Assembly: GCA_051294905.1 (NCBI GenBank)
Contig: CM119372.1
Span: 39,372,001-39,436,000, forward strand
Source: Botryllus schlosseri
Lineage: Eukaryota
Length of the DNA stretch: 64,000 nucleotides
Reading direction: 5' to 3'
Numbering within the stretch: position 1 is the first letter of the stretch; the number at the start of each line of letters is the position of its first letter. Under the pieces are notes generated by a model. That model had not been told where the DNA came from and made no database searches. It worked only from the letters and a program-made list of their open reading frames with translations. Position numbers and translations under genes: made by a program. Shown piece by piece: positions 24,801-36,473 of the stretch.

Positions 24801-27800
24801 TTACTTTGTAAGTGCTCGCTTGTTTACGATGGAATATATCATATGTAGTAGGCCTACACCAGTACCGGAGTAACAACCGTGCTCTTTTAGGGCAGTTTTA
24901 TATTTGATATTTGGCTGCGACACTTCGATCTGTAGTAGCCTAGTTGCTGTCATCAGCTACATAAAATGGCTAACAAGATAAAACGTTGCATCTGTATTTC
25001 AACTTCTCAGACTACAGTTCGGAAGAGATGTGGATTTTACCGGTACTACAATTCGACTACGACATGCATAGTGAACTGATGGAAGAAGCGGCCTTGCAGT
25101 GTGCTATATCGATACGGGAATACATGAACGATTGCTGCATTTCGTACATAGGCCTACTGTTCCACTGGATAAACTGATGTGAGCGCGCATGTGATGGGAT
25201 GGAGCTGGTGTCTCTCCCGGGTGGATGATATGGAGATTTGTGCCTCTCCTGGTGATGATGAAGCGCAGCGGTGTTAGGATTATTGCTTTGTTTTTAGTTC
25301 TGGGTTATAGTGTTCTGCTGATATGATGCGGTCGTGCGGGTGTTCACGATTTTCAGCTTGCCGTTTTGATATTGTATTCATGGTAGCCTATGTGTTTGTG
25401 AGGGTGCTGAAATTGGCACTTCTTAAAGTTTAATTGGTGGGTAGCAATTTAGTAGTAGTGCTCTATATTGCTCTTTATGACCGTTTTTATAGACATTCTT
25501 GGTATTGTTAACTTCCTATTTGGTATATCATGCCGACAAGATGCTTCAATAAAATCTCTGCAGTAGTTGCTGTATCGTGACTGACTCTTAAGTCACCGGC
25601 ATACATTGGGTAGTCTGTTACAGAGGAGCGGCCGGACAACTAGAGGCCACATTGGGTTTGCAAGTCGGTCACTTGAGTGTTAATGACCCTATTTTAATCG
25701 CATCGACAAGTGATGCCTGACATATCAAAACAGTCGTTACTCCCGCCTATACTCCACGGCCCATCTTCGTTGACGCCGAAAAAGCTAGCTGATAAGTTAT
25801 ACTTGTTTTTTTCCTCTACAATCATGATATGAACGAGATTATTTTCCTCTACAAATATCGATATTATGAGTATCTAATCATCCTCGTTAATTTCGAGGAT
25901 AAGAAACATTTCAGAGTACGACCAAACACACATTGTCGTTGTACCTTTGCCCACCAAACTTACTACGAATATATATTTGTAAGGGGTAAAGCGACACCGG
26001 GTCGTCCACGATACAGCTTCCTGAAGGATCATGTAAACAGGGCCCTTTAACGAGTCAGCTTGGAGATGACACGTGACGTCACTGCAGACGACTTGAACGC
26101 CAAGTCGAGTCGAACATGTAACCAGGCTTACTGATTACTAATCACGGATTACACTTTATTGGGGCGTTTTAAGCACTAGTTCGTCGTCGCCGACGGTAAA
26201 TAGTTGGCATTTACGCGATATCACGGACTCGCTAAGTGACAGAGCAGACGGCGATTAAGCATTGTGCATGGGGTGGCCGCCACCCCATAATTGTGTCATG
26301 GGGTGGCTGCGCCTCCCCGCCACCCCGTAACTCGGCGCCTATGGCTCCACATATATTGGAATCGTTTACACCAGACGAACTAAAAGGATATATCCTTTCT
26401 ACAGACGAAAGCAATTCCAAATTCGCAATGCGACACGGCACTTATTATTTTATTTTGTGGGTCTCAATTTATACGTTACGTTCAAGCTGCGAGCGCTGGT
26501 CTTTTCGGCGCCTGGACAGTGGTCATAACAATGTTGAACATTTTGGTCAACATGTGGCGGTTATTTTATTTCAAGGTTTTATCGCAGTCAGTACCTACAA
26601 GGAGTCGCGTGTTGCCCGAAACGTGGGTCTCGTGGTGTCAAAATTCCAAACGCCGAAATGCCAGTCGATCTCGAAATACGGCGTTGAGCAAGCGTTTTCC
26701 GAGTCAAGCCGTGGGCAGACTCAAGGCCTTACTCATTCCTTTTTTTACGGTTTGGCCCTGAATATATTGCGGAAATTGCGCTGTGAGCATGTTTGGTGCC
26801 TGCATTCACAATTTCAACAGTAATATATAGCACCGTTATAAGAAGGAAATCATGTTCTAGCGCCGTATGGCTTCATCGTTGGCTGCGTAGGCTATTCCCG
26901 AATCGTTGATACAGTTGATAAAACCGTCCGTCCCTGTGTATGGCGGAAATATCAACAACGCCGTACCAATACCCATCATCAGTAATCCAATAAATAGCTT
27001 GTGCTTATGCCTGAAAACTTCAGGATGAAGTCTGGTGTTTCATTATTTGAAAATATTTGCTTTGGCTACTACAGTATGTCAAATAAGTCATGTTATTGAG
27101 CGGTATTATTTCGTCTATACATCCAGCGTATAATTCTAATATAATGTGTTGACGTAATTGAAGGCAATATTAGGCAACCAACATCACACCCAGACCCGCG
27201 GATTGCCAGATCGCGAGCAATTAACAAAACCGCAGACGTCTGCAAGCAGTCATCAAGCTGTCTAATCTATCGAGTAAAGCAGGGGTCGGCAACCTTTTGC
27301 TAGTCACGGGCCAAATTCCGAGTGCACAACTTTTTGGCGGGCCGGAATTTTTCTTAATACTATATTTAACACTAACGTCGGAATAGTACCCTACATTGAT
27401 TCGATCTCAATCATACAAATCACAAAAAGGGCATAACACATGTATTTACACTTCAACAACGCAGGATAAATGTGACACTTGGCTCAGCTCGCTTTGTGAA
27501 AGGTTTTCAACTTCTGGTAACAAGTCAGTATAGCTATAACCTACCTCTGGATCTCACCGTCCAGCTAATTCAAAGGCATGTACGATGCACATATAGACTT
27601 CTATAGATGCTATATCGGTTGTTTTAGCATTGCTAGATAAAGACTGGCGAGTGCTATACACTGAAATATACTAAAAATGCATATCATCACTACAGTATAC
27701 TTACTATATATAACGTTATGTAATAGCTCTTCATAGATTTCAGTAGTTAATGCACAAGTTTGATTGGGATTATACGCTGAGTAATATTGGTATTATTGCA

Positions 27801-30800
27801 ATTTATACTTGACTATGAGCCCATACTTTGATGCCAGTAAAATTGTGTCGAAAGTTACTCTTCACAGAGACAATCTGTAAAGGTCTATGACCATCAGAAC
27901 TAAGGATATATCATTTTCTGACGGGTATAAATCCATGGTTTCGACGCTATTCTGCAAAAATTATCTATCTCCATTTTCAGAAGAGGCCTTTGGCAAACAT
28001 CAGCAACTGTTTATAATATTTTAGTGGCACATTCAGCGGTCTATCAGAGCCGCAAGAAGGTTAGCCGGGTTAGGAATCACTGGTTTAGAATCTACTTTCA
28101 GAACAAACACTATATCCAGTATCGTGGCGTCCCCACATCGACAACAAACTTCATTTTGCATGGGTATGCACATGCACACTGCCCAGTCTTGTGATGTGCA
28201 GGATTATGAAATATACAGACTGCAATTTCCACTGATGTCATGTTTCACTAACCGCAGTCGAAGCTAGCCGTGAAATCGAGTTATTTTATTTATTAATAAA
28301 AGCATGTTGTGGTGCTTATAACAGCGTGTTTTTTTGCACCACGTGACAACAAATTCCATCACTAACACAAGCTAACTTGCTCAAGTGTCACATGCTCAAG
28401 TGACGCATGCTAAAATGTGGCACATGCTAAAATGTCCCAGCAAACACCCGATATCCCGTGGAGTTACTGGTACGTCCACAATTGTTCCCACTCGTCCCAC
28501 CTCCCACACTCAGTTACGGAGGACTTGCTCAGTATGCCCAACATTGGACGTCAATTTATGTAACTCCAGGCGACTACCAGAGGAAGTGAATTTTAGAAAG
28601 CTCCTGTGCCAGTCACCAATGACTATTCAATGGATGTCATAATGGTGTGGTGCCTGGATGCCACCTACACAGGAGTTCGTCAGGATGTCCCTACTTGGAA
28701 ATCGTTTCTATGAATTCAAGTGTGCATTGTGCAATCAATGCAAAATAGTTTTCTGAATACACCCATGAATGTCATGATATATTTTACTATTTGTAATCTA
28801 TCGGAGTGAATACGAGAATGTTGATTGATGATATGGCGATGACTTTCTATCGCGCGGAACTTCAGAAGCCCGGCCATCGATGATCGCGGTCGCACTGTTA
28901 GAGATATAGTGTACGATATAGAGACATGCGGCTATTTTATTGTGACATTACTGGATCGAAATGTCCACATCAAGGCAAAATATGTTTCAAATATACCGTA
29001 TACCCAATGCATGTGAAATCTTCCGACATGAAGACTTGACAACCGTAATAATGGTATGGTGACGACTATTCCAATCACGGAACTACTCAGTCTGCCCGGC
29101 TATTATCGATAATTAAGGCCGCACTGCGCAAGAGCTAGGCCAGCGATAATGCATATATTACGGCCTTCCGATACTTGTCGAGTCTCGAGTGTCGAGCCGA
29201 GCACGCCTGTTGCTTGAAATTCATTCAACCATAAAACCAAGAGACCGCGTTCTTCTGTCTGGCGAGCATGCGCCATGCGCGCGTGATTCTCATATTTGAA
29301 TTTGAAAGAACAGGTTTTGTAGTAATTGCGGAGTGAAGGATTTATCACAGGGATGGTTTAGTTTGGAATAGGATACTTAACGGCGTGGATTGATTATGCG
29401 TGCTATTGATTATTATTGATACTGTCGCTGTCATGAGTACTGGAAAGACAGAGAGCATGGAAGCTTGGTATTTGAGTTCTATATTTATTGAACAGCAACA
29501 GCCTCGGTCATCATTAACTGCGATAACCGTCATGAATTTCACTATGATTCTAGTGGCACGTCTGTGCCGCGGTTTATCATGTACGAACGAAACTAACCGA
29601 CCCGCTGCTAATCGTAAACTTATGCAGTACTTGTAATACTAGGCTAGTAGGCTATAGTATAGCGATGAGCCGATGAGCATGATCATGATAATATTTGATT
29701 ATATGCATTCATTGAAGTTCGATTTGCTGCACAGTGGGTTTCATGTTGTTGTAATATTCAACTTACTGTTTGATGTGTACGGTATATACTATGAAAAGTT
29801 TGACAATGATTTCCAAAGACTGCAAGATCCATGCAGGAAACCAGATGCAGCATCGATGAATGTATTATAGCCTAGGTTTATATAGCTACATAATTTTAAA
29901 GTGTATTATAGGATGTTCCTTTACGGAATGTGAGATTGCTGAATTTGTGGCTGAAAACGATAGTTGCATGACTGGCATATTTATCATCTATCGTATTTGT
30001 TGTAATTTTGTGTTGTGTCCACAAACAACACCATTGATACTAATTGAGGCTTTCGGTGAACATATCAAAATGTATGGCTTTATTATTAGTTAATGTTAGG
30101 GTACTCTAGGAACAATCAATATAGTTAACTCAACTTTAACCTCAGCCTAATTTAATGATACCCCAACGCTGAACAATTATAAACGACATGGATTTACCAT
30201 GTTCATGGGGAAGACGGGTTGTCGCAATGTCGGCAATGTCGCCGTGCAACATACTTAAAATGCTTACTTATAACTTGCAATGTAACGATAACTTATAACT
30301 AACATATAGCTTAACTATACAATATCTTGAAATCCTCGGTAAGAAATATTAGTCGCAAAAATTATAGTCACATTTCGCTCATTGGAAATCTTGCACGTTC
30401 CTCGTCATATATTATGATAGTTTAAAATTGGTGAAAGTAGATCATTATTCCGTTTGAATTTTCGCTTCTTCTCGGACCTCGAGTTGACATTGATCTTTAG
30501 ATATTTCGCCCATTACCTTCCAATAAGTATATTGCACGGCGACATTGTGCCGACATTCACAAAAGATATTGCACGGCAATATCATTGCCTACATTACAGC
30601 GACATTCACAAAGTAGATGGGCCCTAGGGAAGACTGATTGCTGATAGTCATGTTGTCGTGGATAAGAAAGCACACTATTGACCCTTATTATCAATGGATT
30701 CTTCATGCCGATGAGGCAGGGGCTTACCTGGGTCTGCGTATACAACATCGCTTCATTTTTAGCAGGAGTCTAAATATGGAACAGGCAATGATATATAGTA

Positions 30801-31148
30801 CTTTTCAACTTCGGAGCAACGCATCGCATTTGTGCATTGTCCATGGATTAAGAAGTTGAATCATGAAAGTTGAAGTGATGATTTATAATTGTTCATGTTC
30901 ATTAATCAGCGATTTATTAGCCTGAAAAAAGTGTCATAAATGATGTGCAAATAGACTCTGTGATGGTGGTTCCCGTTCAGGATTTCGCCAGTGGTGCTCA
31001 AAATTGCTGCATGATATTTTGATATTGTAACTCTACGACTCGATGTTTCGTTGAATCCAAGTGTGCCATAATTCACAGTGACGCTAATCTGGTATACATG
31101 ATTTCTATAGATATGTCAGGTTGGCTGCATCACTTCTGTTCCGATTAG

Positions 31149-32054
31149 TAGGGCTTGACAAAGTCGAGCACCTGAGTGAAGAGTGATTGATTCTGAATCT
31201 GGCCTGTGTCAAGTATTCGATAATCACTCATTATGATGTTATACTCATAACAGTATGAGTATGGAAAGTTGAAAACGTATCTTTTATGTTTCCACTAAGA
31301 ACATACAAGTTTTACATCACACTAAATTAGAGATAATTTGGTGTATTTTCGACCGATACCTATTTCATTGCACTTTGTGACTATGCTGTGGGTTAATCAT
31401 GACTTCACAGATATGTCATTTTCACTAAAGTGAATAGCTTTGTACTACGCATTTTGTATGCTACTTCCACATTGGCAATGGTATCAAAAATATAATTTTA
31501 TTGATAACTGTACTCTTGGTGGCAACGAGCGTATAATTTCAGAAGGCCTACTTGAAAAAGTCATCTACTTGGCTCGAATCAATAGAATTAATTGCGACCA
31601 GTGAACTCGGCCCATGACGAATTCGGCCCATTGAACGTGGCCTTCGGTGAACTGGCCCATGGTGACTTTGTCAATACAAATTATTATAAATATCGTGAAT
31701 TGTATTATTAATTGAAGGCAATGGCGAATTGGTGGTGGGGTGGTGGATATGTCGTGTGAATGTTATTCCCACTGGGGGCGGTATCGTATGTCGGATGTAT
31801 AAAATGTTATATTAGACGTACGGAGCTGCATAATGTTGACGAAGAGTGCAGAACGTCAAGGATTAGATCGCACATGGTGAATTCGGTGTAACCCAATATT
31901 AGGGTTGGAGGGGCTTAGGTTTAGGCCAAGTTCACCTCCGAAGGCCGAGTTTACCGTAGGCTGAGTTCAATGGGCCGAATTCACCATGGCCCGAGTTCAC
32001 TGGTAATCGAATTATTACTCGATTTAGATTCGAGTACTCATGTGCCCAGCCCTA
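31149..32054. mobile_element. hAT MITE (TAGGGCTGGGC family) with a nested palindromic MITE at about 31593-32010
   Basis: tagggct / agcccta ends; TSD ccgattag / ctgattag. Confidence 0.75.
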
Positions 32055-32930
32055 CTGATTAGTGAGTAGAATGTGCGAATAGCCAAGCTTGTACATCATT
32101 GCTTTTGCTTTTTAACAGGATGTTATAAATACCTGGCTTGAGTTCTTGACAAATGCCTTCACTACACCTATTCTAATTATTTAAATCTTCTAGATCGACA
32201 ATGTCTTCAATTAATGGCAACAACGTCAAGCAGGTTGTACGAAGAATGCCTTGTAGACTGGGGCCGACATCGTTTGGAAGAACTACTGCCACCTAGAACA
32301 AGCGTTGCTTTTACACTACAAAATCGGTGCTGCATCATGCTCGGGAAAAAGTCGGAAAGCAATTGAAGGTATAAAACGTTGAATACACTATTTGGAAACC
32401 AGAGGTAGTCAAAGTAATCATCTTTTGTACTGAAGTTGAAGTAACGGCATGAATTTATACACACGTAGATGTAACAAGTTACAGGGTGTGTCAATTGAGC
32501 ATGGAACACTTTAGCATGCATCACTTCAGTATGTGACTTCATAACCCCAAAACTAACCCTAACCTGAAACATAACACTGAAATTAACCGCTATATATCCC
32601 GACCCCAAGCCCTACCCTAACCCAAGCTTAAATTCAACCCTAACCCGTAATTTGACTCGCATGCTCATGTGTCGCATGCCCGTATATCCACAGACCGTTG
32701 CATACTCAATAGTTCATGTGGTGATCAAAGTAATCATTGTTTGCATTGAGTAGAAGTAGTAGCAACGCTGTTAGCTTCTACTCCAGTATAATTAGCGAGT
32801 CACAAGGCTTGTAAAAATCACTTCAAAGAAACAGGAAAGTTCTGAAAAGTAGGCCTACGCGAGTATATACGTAAGAAGTTTCAAAAACTATATTTATTGG
32901 AGGTATTACATACTTTTAGCGCGTTGTTAT

Positions 32931-33424
32931 TAGGGCTTGGCAAAATCGAGTACCCGGGTGATTCGATGCTGAATCGAGTATTAAGCTTCGATTCGAATAT
33001 CTCATTATGACGTCACAACATTATGAATGATGACAAGTTGTATGCAACTTCAACGACAAAATTTCCAGTTCAACATCACATCGAAGATTGTTTGGTAAAT
33101 TTTCGATCATACCTAGCTTATTGCACTTTGTGACAACACATGTGTCATTTACGCGAACGTGCGTAGCTATGTCCTACATGTTTCGTATTCTGCGATTCGA
33201 CCAATCACCGTTTCAATGCCTCACAGTGATATATGGAATCGAAATTCCAATTCTCGATAAAGTATTATATAGTTTCGAATACTGAAAATATATAATACTT
33301 TACTGAGAATTAGAATTTTGATTCTATATTCGTACTCGAAACTTACTTTCACTTACTCGACTCGAATCATTGGAATTAATACTCAATTCAGATTCAAGTA
33401 CTCGAATCATTGTGGCCAGCCCTA
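32931..33424. mobile_element. hAT MITE (TAGGGCTGGGC family)
   Basis: tagggcttggca / tggccagcccta; homologous to 59298-59820; TSD decayed. Confidence 0.75.
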
Positions 33425-33626
33425 GTTATTGTAGGTGGTCACTTCCAAACAAAGATGGTCAGAGTAGTCGTAGTTAGTACTTGAGTATCAATAGCGATTT
33501 ACAAGACATCAAACTACCTTTCAAGTATAAGTAGAAAGTGAAATTTGAAAAAGTAGGCTACTGGGGTGAGTAGTTTCAAAAAGTGGACACAGTCAAAATG
33601 TCGAGACTTATTGCATGTTGTAATTG

Positions 33627-34158
33627 CAGGGTTGTAATGACTCGACTCGTGTCACGATTTTCTGATGACTTGACTTGACTGGGGTCATTTCCGCTAAATT
33701 CGGAAATGACTCGACTCGATTCGAGTCAATCTGTGTATTGCGCATGACTCGAACCAAGTCATATGACTCGAGTCTTAGACGGCCGAGACCAACATTTCAT
33801 TGCAATTTCGAAGTATAGTAAAGTGGCCACACTTTCGGGAATTCGTCTATTGGTACTTGTATTCGAAAATACGACGAGAAACTGCTAAAAGTGAGGAAAA
33901 TTAGTATATTATGAATGAGAACCATTCAATATCACCAGAGTTATAAAAAGTGGGTTAACAAGGCTTTAACTGGAAACTGAGCGGCCAACACAATGACTTG
34001 GACTCGGACACGTGAGTCATAACACCATGACTCAGACTCGACCCTCTGATCGCTGACTTGGACTCGGACTTGACTCGGTGGTGAATTGAAAATGACTCGA
34101 CTTGACTCGAGTCAAAACTATAAAATTGAGATTGACTTGTGACTTGGTTACAACCCTG
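33627..34158. mobile_element. hAT MITE (CAGGGTTGTAA, GACTC/GAGTC repeats)
   Basis: TIR cagggttgtaa / ttacaaccctg; inverted sibling at 34370-34816. Confidence 0.8.
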
Positions 34159-34369
34159 AGTCGTAGGTGCATGCTAGGTGCAACAGAGATGGTCAAAAAC
34201 GTAGTTGTTTTCAGCACTCAAGTAGAAGTATTTGTTGTGTCATCAATGGAGTAGAAGTAGTAGTAACGCCATGTATTTCCACTCTGGCACAAGCAGTGAT
34301 TTACAAGGTTTGTCCAAACTAATTTATGTGAAAGTATAATTTCTGAAAAGTATGTACTTTAGATGTTTC

Positions 34370-34816
34370 CAGGGTTGTAACCAAGTCACAAGTCAATCTC
34401 ACTTATATAGTCAAGTCGAGTCATTTTCAATTCACCACCGAGTCAAGTCCAAGTCAACGAGTATAGGGTCGAGTCCGAGTCATGGTGTTATGACTCAAGT
34501 TCAAGCCATTGCGTTGGCTGCTCAGTTTCTAGTTAAATTCTTGTTTAATCCAATTTTTATAACTCTGTTCAGTGATATCAACGGTTCGCATTTATAATAT
34601 AGGCTACTGATTTTTCTCCCCTTTAATAGTTTCTGGTCGCATTTTCAAGTACCGCTACCATTAGACGAAATACCAATAGTGTGGTCACTTTGCTATTTTT
34701 CGAAATTACAATGTAATATCGGTCTTGGCCGTCTTGGTCCGAGTCATTTCTGAATTTTGAGAAAATGACTGAGTCATCAGAAAATCGCGACTCGACTCAT
34801 TACAATTACAGCCCTG
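34370..34816. mobile_element. hAT MITE (CAGGGTTGTAA family), opposite orientation to 33627-34158
   Basis: TIR cagggttgtaa / ttacagccctg; TSD gatgtttc / ggtgtttc. Confidence 0.82.
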
Positions 34817-35635
34817 GGTGTTTCCACAAGTTGATTTGATTGGCTGGTTGCATACTCCGTATCGCTAGTTCAGAAGCTCTCCACACTCAAGTAGACACAG
34901 AAGTCATAGCATCGTCATAAATTTTCACTCAAGTACAAATAGAAGTAGCGATTTACAAGACATATTACAATTAATGCTAGTGGAAATATATAATGAAGTT
35001 CTGATACATATTTCATGTGCTATGAAGAGTGGATCTACATATAATTTGCTGACATTGTTTTATGTGCTTCAGGCAAAACAAGGACTGAGAAGAAACCTGT
35101 TGTTACAACCAAAGTTTATCGCCAAAGATGAATACGCGCTCGCGCTCTTAACATGATGCGGTGCAGCCGATGCATCGTTTTACGTCTTGCAATGGTAGTT
35201 TCTACTTATGATTGCTTATGTCTGTTTTTGATTGTCTTAGCAGTTGTCCTTTGTAAAATGCCTCTGACACGTTTCTTTCAAATTTCTCGTATGCACCTCA
35301 ATTGGACTGTTTGTCATGTTAGTTAGTTAGAACTAGCTGATATTTCCAAAGTTCATGTGACACATTTATTTCATATATTGGTAATTTTGTGATCGAATTT
35401 TCACTTAATACTCAACTTTGTTAAATAATAAGAGTTCCTTAATTAATTTTTTACTTGTTATTTGCAATTGTCGTTTTCCAGTAACCCAATATAAATAGTT
35501 TGTGAGCTTATATGATGTTGGATTCCGTGTAGTTGGAGCAGGTATCGAAGTGGAGGAGGTAACCATGGAGATCATGAAGTATTTCACAAGGAGTCCTGAG
35601 ATGGTAATCCTGAGGACTTGAACAGGGGCGAATAA

Positions 35636-35765
35636 CACGTCCACAGTACGTGGACGGGCGTCCATAGGGAGTGGTGTTACGTCCACAGTACGTGGACTGG
35701 CGTCCATAGGGAGTGGCGTCACGTCCACAGTACGTCAGACGCGTCCATAGGGAACCACGTGACGT
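35636..35765 (+). repeat. 42-bp tandem repeat (about 3 copies) in the CACTA subterminal region
   Basis: acgtccacagtacgtggac.ggcgtccatagggagtgg units. Confidence 0.8.
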
Positions 35766-35959
35766 CCAGGCTAGGTCAGACGCGTCCATGATGAGTCGCT
35801 TCATGTCCACAACACGTCATTGCGGACGTACTCAGAGGGCAGACAGGACGTCTCTAGTTGTCGACAAACCTACTCCAGGGAGGTGACGGCCGTAAGTTAC
35901 CGGACGTCCTGCCGGCAATTCCACCGGAAGTCAACTGGACATCGAGTGTTTGCTGGGGT

Positions 35960-36473
35960 GGCACGCTCAAGTGTCGCATATGCTTAAGTGTCGCATGCTC
36001 AATTGTGGCATGTTCAATTGTGGCATTTCCAAGTGTCGCATGCTCAAGTGTCGCATGCTCAAATGTCGCATGCCCAAGTGTCGCATGCCCAAGTGTCGCA
36101 TGCCCAAGTGTCGCATGCCCAAGTGTCGCATGCCCAAGTGTCGCATGCTCAAGTGTCGCATGCTCAAGTGTCTGATGCTCAAGTGTCGCATGCGCAAGTG
36201 TCCGCGTGCTCATTTGTCACCATGCTAATATGTCACCATGCGCAAGTGTTAACATGCTGAAGTGTCCCAACCGTTATTTGCCCCCATGCTCACGTGTTAC
36301 CATGCCCATATGTAGCCATGTTCATTAGTCCCCATGCTAATGCGTAACCATGCTCAAGTGTCGCACGCTAAACTGTCCCCATGCCCATGTGTCCCCTTGC
36401 TCATATTTCAACATGCTCATATGTCCCCATGCGCATGTGTCCCCATGGTCACGTTTCCCTATGCTCATATGCT
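35960..36473 (+). repeat. 15-bp tandem array (caagtgtcgcatgcY), continuing at 28378-28435 and 61890-61968
   Basis: Near-perfect copies at 35966-36205, degenerate beyond; array interrupted by two large insertions. Confidence 0.92.

Larger units (their letters stand above)
32194..35621 (+). pseudogene. Decayed spliced DUF4806/BEN-like accessory gene of the CACTA-like element
   Basis: Fragments SSINGNNVKQVVRRM..RL/GADIVWKNYCHL (32194-32296, frameshifted), GKTRTEKKPVVTTKVY (from 35073), EVEEVTMEIMKYFTRSPE (about 35550-35600) follow the remembered DUF4806 motif order; two begin at AG acceptors. Confidence 0.4.
28436..35957. mobile_element. CACTA/EnSpm-like non-autonomous element (CCCAG termini)
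   Basis: TIR cccagcaaacac / gtgtttgctggg; 2-bp TSD gt; acgtcc/ggacgt subterminal motifs at both ends; removing it restores the host 15-bp repeat. Confidence 0.8.

Noticed and set aside
35854..36260. Repetitive ORFs (HATLG, CRMPK, VSHAQ repeats)
   Set aside because: All are translations of the 15-bp tandem array; open in several frames with no coding signal.
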